A stretch of 64,000 nt of DNA from a virus (Duplodnaviria; Caudoviricetes), in IMG/VR virus record IMGVR_UViG_3300035520_000529, positions 44,210 through 108,209 of that record. One strand, given 5' to 3'. A program made the position numbers and the translations under genes. Position 1 is the stretch's first letter, and the number at the start of each line of letters is the position of its first letter. Shown here one piece after another: positions 18,549 through 29,675 of this stretch. The notes under the pieces are model-generated. The model did not search any database. It was not told the origin of the DNA and saw nothing but the letters and a program-made list of their open reading frames with translations.

Positions 18549-21500
18549 CTATAAGTTTTCTTTAAGTAAGGTTGTTAATTGGTCTATGAATTGTGTAGGA
18601 TTGTCAGTGGCTACTTTGTCTATATTTATAGTTAAAGTTTGTGCTACTTGTGTGGATGATTTTAACAAACCATTACTTAATGCAGACGAGTTTTTTAAAT
18701 CCGTTAATGCTTCGTTAGTAACGTCTACAGAGTTCTTTAAGTTATTAACTGGTTCGGCAACAGTTGTGGTCAAACTAGTATTAAAATCTTCGGGTAGTCC
18801 TAAAATTTTATTAATGCTTTCTTGAGTTAGCTTAGTAAACTCATTAACGCTATTTGTAAGACCAGTAAGTTCATCAGTGTGAGTAGAGTTCATTTGTTCT
18901 TCTAACGCACTGATTTGCTTATCCAAAGCTTCTTCTTGTTTGTCAATAGCATCTATTTCTTTATCTATAGCATCTTGTTGGTCTTTAAGAACGTCTATTT
19001 GATCATCTAAGCCATCAATAATATCATTTATGCCGTCTATTTGGTCATCTAAAGCATCAATTTGGTCATCAAGAGCATCAATTTGCTTTTCAAGTTGAGC
19101 AATTTCTTCTTCTTGTAAAAGTTCATCGAGTTCTTGTTGAGCCTCCTTGATTTCATCTTTATCCGTTTCCCATTGCCAACCAAGTTCCTCAGTAAACACT
19201 CTAATAGTTTTTTGATTGAGTGCATTTTGTAATCTGATTTGTGCTTCTTGGATTTTTAAAGCACGTTCTTCCTCTTCATTCTTTTCTTCTAATAAATCTA
19301 TTTGGTCTTGGATAGCATCCTTTTGCTTTTCGATAGCTTCCTTTTGGTCTTCGATTAAGTCTATTTGGTCATTCCAATAGTCTTTCTGGTTTTCGATAGC
19401 ATCAATTTCATCATCTAGGGCATCTTTTTGAGCATTCCAATATTCTTTAGTTTCTTCTAAAGCTTCTTTTTGACTTTCCAGCAGTTCCTTTTGAGCATCT
19501 AATAGACCTTTATAAACTTCTTCTTCATATTTACGATAGTCATCAAGATACTCTATCTTATTGGCATAATATTCTTGATTTAGTTCATTGAGGTACTTAT
19601 AATAGTTCGCATCGTCTATAACGTTCATGTTGTGTAGATGTTCAAGGTATGCAAATTGTTCTTCAGCTTCTGCTTTGTAATAGTCAGTATCACTGCCGTA
19701 ATTACCCGTAGTAACCATAGCTAAATTATTTTTCAATAATTGTAAAGCTTGAATTTGAGCATAAATTTGTTCTGTAGCTTGTCCTCTACTAACTATCGAT
19801 TGTAAATTAACTAATTGCTCATCAATTTCTGCTTCAGCTAATTGCTTATAACTATTAGCATTTAGAGTTAGTTTACCAGTAGTCTTATCCAGTTGAATAC
19901 ATTGTGCATAACCACTATCTATTAACGATGTCATGGTACTTAATGATAAATAACCATTATCTTTAACTTCTTTAAAGGCATTACTCATGGTTGAAGCACT
20001 AGATTCAATGTTTTTAGTAGCTGATAAAATATCGCTAAAACTACCATTTGCAACTGAACCTACTCTACTAGACAAATCTTCCCACATAGACAATATATAC
20101 TCATTATCTTCTAATGATTGACTATTTTCGTCCAAAGCTTTAGATAATTCTTGTACTTGTTGACTAGCATAGGATTTATCAGCGGTTGAGACTGTTGAGT
20201 CACTAAGTTTTTGCTTGTATTCATTAATAGTACTAATTAATTGTGTTTGCTCTTCTTTTAAAGAGTTTATTGCGTTTTGACTATCAACTTTATAAGCTTC
20301 AATCTTAGCTTGTGCTAATTCCTCATACTTTTCAGTATTGATAGTTACTAAACCACTTTCTTTGTCTAGTTCAAGAATATCATCGAAATCGCTTTCTATT
20401 AGTTTAGTAATGTCCTCACTAGATAGACTTCCGCCTTTTCTAATGGTTTCCATCATCGTAGAGATTTCGCTAAATTCACTAGACAACGATGTTATCATAT
20501 CTGAACCTATTTTAGTTGGACTGATTTCATCTTCAAATGATTTGTATTCTTGTTCAAGAGCATAAAGGTCAGTATTTATTTCATTAAGTGCTTCATCGTA
20601 GCCAAGGTTGTCAAACTTAACTTGTAACATTGCTTGAATAGTTGGGTTGCTTTGACTAGCAATATCTTTCAAATCACTTTCTTTAGCACGTTCCAATTCA
20701 GCCTTTTGAGTAAGTAGTGTTGCTTTTTGGTCATTGTACTTCGCTTGAATTAGTTTTTCTAAAGCTTCTCTATCTAAATTGTATACATCAGCGTTAGAAT
20801 TATAATTTAAAGCTTCACTGTAACCATTGCTAATTAAAGATAGTATGGTTTCAGAAGTGAGTTTTCCTTGCTCTGACATTTCTGAATACGCATCAGTTAT
20901 TAAGTCTAAATTATCGGCTAGGGTTTCAAGCTCATCAGAACTACCACCCAATGCTTCTATTAATTCAGTAGTGGTTTGACTAATATTTTCAATTGCACTA
21001 GATACATTGAATGTATGTTCAGACGTATCCTCACTAATATATCCAAATTCTTCTAAATATTCGATTAGATTTTCAAAAGATATTCCACAATCATCGGCAA
21101 CGCTTTGCATATATTCAAATATATTAGCGTAACTTTGAGCCTTGTTTTTGTAGTCACCAGTTTGGAAGTCTAAAACAATTTCCGATGCTGTAGCAGTGCC
21201 TATTAACTTATTAAGGTCAATCTTAGAGAAAATATTTTCAATCTTAGTCTTGATAACATCTTCGTTAAAGTTAGTTAAAAATCCATCAAACCACGATTCT
21301 ACTGTATCAGAAAGACCTTTAGTTTCAATACCTGTAATAGTATCTTTTAAGCTATTTAGTACATCTGACTTAGACATCAGCATATTATAAAGGCTTTCAA
21401 TTTCTTCATAAGTAGATGTTGCCTTTTCAGTTTCACCATTGGCTATATAATCATTGTATTCACTAATTAAACTTTCAACACTACTTTTCCATTCGGAAAG

Positions 21501-23352
21501 AGTTTTACCATCTATATCATCGGTTGAGTAGTCTACAAAACTATCCAAGAATGATGAAATTGTAGTTTCATAATCGTCATATGTGTCCGAGGAATATTTG
21601 GAAATTTTCTTCTGTATAGTAGTTAAAACTTTACTAACGTCTTCACCAGTTTGAGTACCATATGCCTTAACATCATCGTAGGCTTTTTGTAAGTCCTTTT
21701 TATATTGATATATAGAACCATCATTGGTAATACCATATGTATACGTCATGCTTAAATCATTAAGAGATTCTGCTTTAAACCCATTGTTTTTCAAGATATT
21801 ACTAACTTCAGTAGAGAAATTATTTCTACGGAGTGAGATTGATGTGGAACTAAAAATTTTAGATGGGTCATACATCTTTTGGTAAGCAGTTTGAATATCC
21901 TTAGAATTTTCTTGCACAAACTTTGAACTTTCTAGAGCAGATATTTCTTGAAGTTTTTCCAATTGCTCATCAAGTTTACCATTAACTAAGTCTACACCAT
22001 CTGCTTGTGTTCCGTAAGTATCTATTAAAGTTTGTTGTAATTCTAATAATTGCTTATTTGTATCGACTAAGTTTTCAGTGTCTCCACTATTAGCATAGTC
22101 TTCTTGTGCTTCTTTTAATTCTTTCAAGTTGGAAATATTTTCTTCAAGTTCGTCATTAAAAGTTTTAAGATTACTACTAGCTTCAATAGTTTCATCGCTG
22201 ACCTTACCCAATCCCTTAGCCCAACTAACCAAAGTTGATACTATATGTGAAATAGCATATGAAAACAATCCGCCAACCACAGCATTTAATATACCCGATA
22301 CTACACTTAATGCAACTGTTCCTAATTTTGCAACAGCAAGTTTAGTTGCATAGCCTACTAAACCAACTTGTGCTTTATTTAAACTTTGTAGCTGTTCTGC
22401 TAATTTAGGATTTGATAATGCCAAAGTATTTAAAAATTCTTTCTGCGTATCATTTGCAACGTTAAGTTTCAAAGAATTTTCGTCAGCCAGTTTATTGTAT
22501 TCACTTAATGCAGTTAACGTACCAGATAGCCCTTTGCCATAATTAGATGTCTGTAGAAATTCCATGTAAGTTTGGTTGGTTGCTTGAGCATTTATTTTGG
22601 CTCTTGTTGCAAGATAATTTTCTAAGACAGTATTGGCGTTAGAAACCTCTTTTATGTACTTTGACATATCTCCATTGTTTTTAAGCGTATTATTATAGTT
22701 AGTAATGGCTTGTTTATAATCCTTAGTATTAATAATCGATGCACTATCCATTGAACTTGACAAATTAGAACTAATAAATTTACTTGACGTTAAAGATTTA
22801 CTTACAAGCGTGTCAAATTTTTTGAACAATGTACTTAGTGCGTTACCTATATTTTTGATAAAGGATGTGTTTAAAGTTTTGGTTATTATCTCCACAGAAC
22901 TAGTAACATTTTTTAGAGAAACGTTATTTATGTTATTAAAGCCATTTTGAATTTGGCTAATCTTGTCGCTATAATTATTCAAAGGTGTTGAACTTTTCTT
23001 AATGTTCTTAAAAAACTCATCAGTAAATCCTAAAGTACCAAATTTTTTATTCATTAGTCCATAAGCACTACCTATACTAGCAATTAGTACTGGAATTGCT
23101 CCAAATAAATCTACAAGTCGGTTAGCTTTGTTGATGAGTTGGTTTATGCCGTCTAAAAAGTCTTTTATAAACTCTGTATCGAATGTTGTAGTGGATATTT
23201 CTTGTGCAGATGCTTTAATAACATTTACTTTACCCTCAATGCTATCTACATATTTTTGGTTTTCTGTTTCAGCAGAACCCTCAGCATTGTTTGCAACTTC
23301 CAATGCTTTTTCAACTTGTGACCAGTTTGAGAGTAATGCTGATACTTGGTTT
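18549..23352 (-). CDS. Tape measure protein, exon 3
   Basis: Frame is open upstream of the ORF-track start: (A)NQVSALLSNWSQVEKALEVANNAEGSA...; long coiled-coil sequence; continues exon 2 ...AGKNRA. Confidence 0.85.
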
Positions 23353-23437
23353 CATTTATATTTAGCGAGTTCGTTAGGCTCACTTGATTTTAGTTAATAA
23401 TAGTGAGAGTTGAAGCCTTACAACTCTCGCTTGTGTT

Positions 23438-25975
23438 TTAGTCTAAATATGTAACTTTCTTGCAACCATCGAAAGCATCTTTTACGATTGTTTTAACTGT
23501 TTTAGGTACTTCTATTTCTAGATTTGTGCATCCTTTAAAAGAACCGCTTTGTATTGATTGTACACTATTGGGAATTGTTAGTTTTTGTAACGATTTACAA
23601 TTATGAAATGCATATTTACCGATAAGTTTCACATTTTCTCCGATGGTGACTTTTTCTAGGTTAGTACAGTCTTCAAAAGTACTTATACCAATGCGAGTTA
23701 CTTTATTTGGAATTTCTATTTCCGTTAAACTTTTACAAGCCCTAAATGCTTCGCTGTATATTTCTTTAATGTTTTTTGGTAAATTTACTTTTTCTAAGCT
23801 AATGCAATCTTTAAAAGCATGTGCACTAATACGAGTTACAGAATTAGGAATATCTATTTTTTTTAAATTTTTACATTCCGCAAAACATCTGCTACTTATA
23901 CTTTTAATATTTTTTGGTAAAATTATTTCTTCTAAATTACAACAACCACCAAAGGCAACATATCCAATACTTGTTACAGAATTAGGAATATTTATTTCTT
24001 TTAAATTTTTACAACCATAAAACATTGCTCTGTTTATATTTTTAAGGTTTTGTGGCAGAGTTATTTTTTCTAAATTAGTACAGCCACTGAACGTTACTCT
24101 GTTTATATTTTTTATGTTTTTTGGTAGAGTTATTTCTTTCAAATTAGTACAATTGCTAAAACTCCAATCACTAATGCAAGTTACAGTACTAGGAATCTCT
24201 ATTTCTTTTAAACTTTCACAACCACTAAAGGCTTCACTGTGTATTGCTTTGATACTTTTTGGCAAATTTATTTTTTCTAAGTTACTACATCCACTGAAAG
24301 CTTTTTCTCCAATCGTGGTTACTGTATTAGGAATCTCTATTTTCTTTAAAGTTTCACAATAACAAAATGCTTCATTGCATATTTTTTTAAGGTTTTGTGG
24401 TAGAGTTATTTCTTCTAAATTAGTACAACCATAAAAAACACTTTCTTCAATACTGCTTACAGCATTAGGAATGTTTATTTTCTTTAAACTTTTACAGTTA
24501 GAAAAAGCTTTGGTATATATACTTTTAAGGTTCTGTGGTAAAGTAATTTCTTTTAAGTTACTACATCCACTAAAAACACTTTCTCCAATTGTGGTTACTG
24601 TGTTTGGAATTTCTACTTCCTCTAAAGTTTCACAATTTCTAAAAAGTCCATTGTTAAAGATTTTGATGTTTTTCGGTAAAGTGATTTCTTCTAAATTAGC
24701 ACAACCATCAAAAGCATATTTGCCAACACTTTTAACACTATCTAGAAGTACCATCTTTATTATATTAATACAATTTCTAAAAGCATTATCTCCTATACAC
24801 TTTATATCCTTTGAAACTATTATTCCCTCTAAATCTACTTTTTGAGGACACTTTATGATAGTACTGTCACATTTATTAATTAACGCTCCTTGCGAATCAT
24901 AATACTTTTTATTGTTTTTATCCACAGATATTGTTTTTAAATTATCGCAATCATTGAAAGCATTTGAATCAATATGCATTACACTGCTAGGTATAGTTAT
25001 TTTTTCTAGACTAGTACATTCTTTAAAATCGGATGCGTCGATAGAAACTACACCATGTGGAATAGTTAACTTGATTAGACTTGAACACCCACTGAAACTA
25101 ATCTTTTCAGTATTTACTAACGATTTAGGAAATATTATTTCTTTTATAGTGGAACAGTCTACAAAAGCGTTAGGGTGTATATTACATATATTGTTTGGTA
25201 TTGTTAATATACTTTCACACCCTTTATATTTGTAAAGAACATTGCCTAGCACAATTAAATCATTTGGATAATCTCTTATGAATGGTGTATTTTCAAAGGC
25301 ATTATATCCAATAAAAATAACAGTATTTGGAATAATTATGTTGCTTAAACTTGTACAATTCTTAAAAGCATCTTCTTCAATAAATTTAACACCATTAGGA
25401 ATTGTTATGCTCTCTAAGTTTATACAATTGCTAAAAGCACCCTTATCGATGGAGACAACGCTACTTGGAATAGTTATGCTTTTTAAAGCTGTACATCTAC
25501 CAAAAACACCATCTCCTATAGAGGTAACATTATTAGGAATACTTATATTAGTTAAATTTGTGCACTCGTGAAAAACATATTTACCTATAAAGGCAACACT
25601 ATTAGGAATAGTTACACTAGTTAAATTTATGCAACCATCAAAAACATTATCTCCAATGGTGATAACTCCATTTGGAATAGTTACATTAGTTAAGTTTGTA
25701 CAACCTTTAAAAGCACACTCTCCAATAGATGTAACACTATTAGGAATAGTTATATTGGTTAAGCATGTGTAATTTTTAAAAGCACTACTTCCAATAGACT
25801 TAACACCATTAGGAATAAATATACTACGAATTTTTTGATTTCTCCATGAGAAGTCAGAACCACAAAATGCATAATCTCCAATAGATGTAACCCCATCGGG
25901 TATTACAACGTTGACTTCAGTTCCATTGTAATGTTCTAAAATACCATCTACAATTACAAAATCTTCACTTGCCAT
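23438..25975 (-). CDS. 845-aa BspA-type (LRR_5) leucine-rich repeat protein encoded inside the intron
   Basis: About 30 repeats of 23 aa (L..I.IPN.V..IG..AF..C); no signal peptide visible; own RBS. Confidence 0.92.
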   Translation of the reverse strand: MASEDFVIVDGILEHYNGTEVNVVIPDGVTSIGDYAFCGSDFSWRNQKIRSIFIPNGVKSIGSSAFKNYTCLTNITIPNSVTSIGECAFKGCTNLTNVTIPNGVITIGDNVFDGCINLTSVTIPNSVAFIGKYVFHECTNLTNISIPNNVTSIGDGVFGRCTALKSITIPSSVVSIDKGAFSNCINLESITIPNGVKFIEEDAFKNCTSLSNIIIPNTVIFIGYNAFENTPFIRDYPNDLIVLGNVLYKYKGCESILTIPNNICNIHPNAFVDCSTIKEIIFPKSLVNTEKISFSGCSSLIKLTIPHGVVSIDASDFKECTSLEKITIPSSVMHIDSNAFNDCDNLKTISVDKNNKKYYDSQGALINKCDSTIIKCPQKVDLEGIIVSKDIKCIGDNAFRNCINIIKMVLLDSVKSVGKYAFDGCANLEEITLPKNIKIFNNGLFRNCETLEEVEIPNTVTTIGESVFSGCSNLKEITLPQNLKSIYTKAFSNCKSLKKINIPNAVSSIEESVFYGCTNLEEITLPQNLKKICNEAFCYCETLKKIEIPNTVTTIGEKAFSGCSNLEKINLPKSIKAIHSEAFSGCESLKEIEIPSTVTCISDWSFSNCTNLKEITLPKNIKNINRVTFSGCTNLEKITLPQNLKNINRAMFYGCKNLKEINIPNSVTSIGYVAFGGCCNLEEIILPKNIKSISSRCFAECKNLKKIDIPNSVTRISAHAFKDCISLEKVNLPKNIKEIYSEAFRACKSLTEIEIPNKVTRIGISTFEDCTNLEKVTIGENVKLIGKYAFHNCKSLQKLTIPNSVQSIQSGSFKGCTNLEIEVPKTVKTIVKDAFDGCKKVTYLD

Positions 25976-26011
25976 AACATCAAGACCTTTCTACAATAAT
26001 TTGTTAGGTAT

Positions 26012-26040
26012 ATTATAGCAAATGTTTTGTGAAAAGTCAA
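26012..26040 (-). promoter_or_regulatory. Intron-internal sigmaA promoter for the LRR gene
   Basis: TTGACT-17 nt-TATAAT with extended TG, about 36 nt upstream of ATG 25975. Confidence 0.85.
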
Positions 26041-26451
26041 TATAAATCGTTTGCTTTTATTCGATATTTTAACTAAAATCACTCATGCTTTCACATGAGA
26101 TTAGACTATTTCTTCACCCTCACCATTATGTGTTAGGGGCATACCTTTTCCGTTTAAGAGGTTTTCACTCACTCACTTGAGCCGTACTCCTATTGACACA
26201 ATTCTGTCTATTGTGTCCTATGGGATAGCCGTTGAAGTTTCTCCGTGCCTTTCGGTTTAGGAGCTTACCTGCATGAACAACCATTGTTATCGGTTATTTA
26301 GGATTTAACCATGTAACCATCCTTACGTTGTTTCTACTTTCGTACCATCGTAGCGTGATTTCTCCGCTACTGTGGTGTAAGGCTTTAGGTATTACCTGCA
26401 ATTAGATATGTATGTTATGCACATTTCTGTACATAAGGGTAAATTAAGTTT

Positions 26452-27225
26452 GCCCTATTCTTACCTGCAATTTTTTCAAGTAATCCAGCTTGATTTATGT
26501 CGGATAAATCATCCCAAACGTTAGCAATTTCTCGCATAATTTCATAGGTTGATTTATATGTGTTACTATCTTTCATGATGTCTATACCCGACAAAGCTTT
26601 AATATCTTCTCTCATTTTGGAAGTGGTTTCAGCCATACCCTCAGTATCTTCGCCCATTTCCTCAACTTCTACCTTGCTAGAGCGTAACCTCATGGATAGC
26701 GTTTTTAATGCGTTACCCATACTGTTGGCATCTTGGGTTATTTCAGTACCACCAGTTATCATTGCTATAGATTCGTTTAAACTATTTCCTGCTACCGCTA
26801 AAGCACTAGCACTTTGTGTTAAACCCTCGCCAATATCAGAGGAACTTAACGCAAACTTATTACCTACATCGTTGAACGCATCCACGATACTAATGCTATC
26901 CTCAGCTTCAACGTTAAAAGCTTTCATAGCAGTTACAAGGTCACTAGTAGCAGTATCAATGTCAATGAAGCCTACATTAGAATACATAGTTGCAATATTA
27001 CCTAATGTTGTAGCTTCGTCTAGAGTGTAACCTAGTCTACTAAATGACGATACTGCATCAATAACGTCTGTAACAGTACTAGCTAACTCTTTAGCACTAC
27101 TAGTAGCAGTAGTTAAAAACTTATCATAAGTATCACTGGTTTCGGAAGTAACACGTTTTAAGGTTACCATCGAAGTATCGACTTCTTCAACAGTAGTTAA
27201 CATTTCTTTGAAATAACTTATTACT
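26452..27225 (-). CDS. Tape measure protein, exon 2 (conserved TMP core)
   Basis: VDTSMVTLKRVT, FSRLGY, VGNKFALSSSDIGEGL..SASAL, MGNALKTLSMRLR, LLEKIAGKNRA. Confidence 0.88.
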
Positions 27226-27400
27226 CTGATATATAAACTTTATAATTATTTATAAACACTCAAAAAATTATAAGATTATTTCCTTATTCAACGTGTCCGC
27301 TTTGGATTGTATTTCTACAATCTACTCACGCTTGTATGACACTCCAAAGGCGTAAATTCGGCGTTATCAACACCTACATATTAGCATAATCTTGATATTG
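27226..27400 (-). ncRNA. TnpB omegaRNA scaffold / IS607 right end
   Basis: Downstream of tnpB; shares TTCCTTATTCAACGTGTCCGCTTTG and GACACTCCAAAGGC.TAAATTC blocks with 47430-47515, weaker similarity to 55620-55710. Confidence 0.8.
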
Positions 27401-27403
27401 ACT

Positions 27404-28552
27404 CTATGCTAATTGATAGTTTGCTAAATTAATACTAGCGTTCTTATCTCTATCCAAAGTGAAACCACACACATCACAGTGGTATGTTCTATCCTTGAGT
27501 TTCAAATCTTTCTTGACGTTTCCACATTGAGAACACCTTTTGCTTGATGGATAGAACCTATCAGCTTGAATAAATCTAATTCCGTACTTTTCGGACTTGT
27601 ACTTCATAAGGCTAATAAACTGATAGAACCCCTGTTCTGCTATGGCTTTTGAAAGATGTTTGTTTTTCAACATACCTGTGACGTTTAAGTCTTCCATAAC
27701 TATTCTCGATGGCTTGGTTTTCGCAATCGCATTAGTTACTTGGTGGTTGTGATTTAGACGGATGTTCTTTAACTTTTCGTGGATAAGCTTGATTATTCGC
27801 TCTAGTTTCAAGATGTTTTGAGTCTTAACATACCTCTTGCCTTGGCGGTTCTTCTCATATTTCCTCGAAACTTGACGTTGCAATCTTCTAAGTCTCTTTT
27901 TCAACTTTCTAATCTTTTGAGTTTTGTTGATATTTCTAAAAGGACTATCGAAATTACTAACAGTCGCGAGTTCCTTGATGCCTAAGTCAATGCCTACAGA
28001 TAAGTTCTCATCCAGTTCTAAAGGTTGGTTTTCACACTCAATACCTAAAGACAAGTACCAGTATCGTCCATTGAATTTTATTCTTGGATTGCATACTGAT
28101 ATTTTATCTTTCTTGTAATTGCCTTGAGGTAGCCTATTTTCGTCATTCATCTTGACTACACCAATCTTTTCAAGCTGTATTTGACTATCCGTAACTTTAA
28201 ATTTAGTTGGTAAGTGATAGAAAGATATAGTGCTTCTCTTCTTGGACTTATGTCTAGGATACTTGGCAACTTTCTTAAAGAACTTACTTCTAGCATCGTC
28301 AAAGTCTTTAATGGCTTGTTGAGGTATCTCCGAGGAGACTTCTTTAAGCCATGGGTACTTGTTAGAGTTCCTAATCTTAGTGAAGTGCTTTCGCATAGTA
28401 CCAACGCTTACAGATTTTCCGTATAGTTTGTAATAGGTTTCGAAAAATCCTAACGCCCAGTTGTACGCAAATCGCATAACACCTGCTGATTTCCACATTA
28501 AAGTCTCTTGCTCTTTCGTTGGATAGAGTTTGACTTTTATGCCTTTAATCAT
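27404..28552 (-). CDS. tnpB: TnpB RNA-guided nuclease (IS607 type)
   Basis: RuvC D/E/D intact (GIDLG, VMEDL, DRDKNAS); Zn finger CSQCG...CDVCG. Confidence 0.95.
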   Translation of the reverse strand: MIKGIKVKLYPTKEQETLMWKSAGVMRFAYNWALGFFETYYKLYGKSVSVGTMRKHFTKIRNSNKYPWLKEVSSEIPQQAIKDFDDARSKFFKKVAKYPRHKSKKRSTISFYHLPTKFKVTDSQIQLEKIGVVKMNDENRLPQGNYKKDKISVCNPRIKFNGRYWYLSLGIECENQPLELDENLSVGIDLGIKELATVSNFDSPFRNINKTQKIRKLKKRLRRLQRQVSRKYEKNRQGKRYVKTQNILKLERIIKLIHEKLKNIRLNHNHQVTNAIAKTKPSRIVMEDLNVTGMLKNKHLSKAIAEQGFYQFISLMKYKSEKYGIRFIQADRFYPSSKRCSQCGNVKKDLKLKDRTYHCDVCGFTLDRDKNASINLANYQLA

Positions 28553-29156
28553 CTTCAGACAACTCCTTAATTATCTTTTTGGTTTTATTGGCTCTTTTCC
28601 CTTGTAATCTACAACTGAACACAGTTATTATTTGGATTAAATCTTCGACAATTTCTTCTTCGTCACTTCTTTCGGTATTGTCGATTATTTCAATTTCAAC
28701 ACCCTTAGAAATACAAATATTTTCTATTAGTTCGTATCCAAACCTAACCAATCTATCCTTATATAGAATTACGATTTTAGAAACTTCCTCATTTAAAACC
28801 ATACTCATAAGCTTGTTCAAGCCTTTATTTTGATAATTAATTCCGCTACCTATATCCGAGATTATTGAAAACTGATAGCCTTTAGCATACATATACATCT
28901 TGACGTTTTCAATTTGTCTATCTAAAGCTTCTTTTTGCTTTTGACTAGACACTCTACAGTAGCCTATTGTCTGCTTAGATTTTACCTTTTCACCATTATA
29001 AATTTTAAGTTGTTCATCGGTATAATAGCGATAACCTGTCACCTCATCCACATATGCAGGTTTTAGTTTACCACTTTTATCCCAATTTCTTAAAGTTTGT
29101 TCTGTACGATTTATTAATTTAGCAAATTGTCCTATGGAATATTTTCTAATTTCCAT
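28545..29156 (-). CDS. tnpA: IS607 serine recombinase/transposase
   Basis: MerR-like HTH (TLRNWD..GKL, GYRYY) plus catalytic GYCRVSS, DIGSG, DRLVRFG. Confidence 0.95.
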   Translation of the reverse strand: MEIRKYSIGQFAKLINRTEQTLRNWDKSGKLKPAYVDEVTGYRYYTDEQLKIYNGEKVKSKQTIGYCRVSSQKQKEALDRQIENVKMYMYAKGYQFSIISDIGSGINYQNKGLNKLMSMVLNEEVSKIVILYKDRLVRFGYELIENICISKGVEIEIIDNTERSDEEEIVEDLIQIITVFSCRLQGKRANKTKKIIKELSEDD

Positions 29157-29177
29157 GTTTTATCACCTCTTGTACTA

Positions 29178-29206
29178 ATTATAACATAAACATTATAATA
29201 TGTCAA
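29178..29206 (-). promoter_or_regulatory. Intron-internal sigmaA promoter for tnpA-tnpB
   Basis: TTGACA-17 nt-TATAAT with extended TG. Confidence 0.85.
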
Positions 29207-29402
29207 GAGTTATTTTGAGTATTTATAAATAATTATAAAGTTTATACCTTTTGCTATAGAACGCAACTTCTATAACGCTATTTCGCTCACGCTAATAGCC
29301 ACTCTCTTTCGAGACGTGCAAAGACTATTTCTTCACCCTCACCATTACGTGTTAGGGGCAAACCGCTTCCACTACCATACGCTTGTAGTGTACTCCATCT
29401 CT

Positions 29403-29583
29403 GGATAGCCGTTGAAGTTTCTCCGTGCCTTTCGGTTTAGGAGCTTACCTGCATGAACAACCATTGTTATCGGTTATTTAGGATTTAACCATGTAACCAT
29501 CCTTACGTTGTTTCTACTTTCGTACCATCGTAGCGTGATTTCTCCACTACTGTGGTGTAAGGCTTTAGGTATTACCTGCAATT
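29403..29583. repeat. 181-bp direct repeat of 26223..26403 (shared intron core)
   Basis: Identical by eye except one position (CTCCACTAC vs CTCCGCTAC); 29322-29360 also matches 26103-26141. Confidence 0.92.
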
Positions 29584-29675
29584 CAATTTGTGTGCTACGC
29601 TCGTTTCCGAACGTACCCAGCTGAAAACTCTATAATTTTATATTTTTATTATAGTTAATTATAAAGTTTTCGTTA

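Larger units (their letters stand above)
23353..26451 (-). ncRNA. Group I intron (3099 nt) in tape measure gene carrying an LRR gene
   Basis: Core motifs UCAACGGCUAU (R/P7) and GAAGAAAUAGUCU (S), P9 CUCAUGU-GAAA-GCAUGAG, terminal G at 23353, P1 AGGG/CCCU; removal gives in-frame GKNRA-NQVSALL. Confidence 0.85.
27226..29675 (-). mobile_element. IS607-family IStron (group I intron + tnpA + tnpB + omegaRNA), 2450 nt
   Basis: Group I core at about 29320-29600; (C)AG core at both ends (TTACAG|TAAC... and TATCAG|AGTA); removal gives in-frame GTMIY-R-VISYFKEM. Confidence 0.9.

Noticed and set aside
23403-23430. Hairpin after the LRR gene as a strong terminator
   Set aside because: No good U-tract on the minus strand, and efficient termination would truncate the TMP transcript; more likely a weak terminator or stabilising stem
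23438-25975. LRR gene as the target of a diversity-generating retroelement
   Set aside because: No reverse transcriptase and no adenine-variant template repeat seen in this window
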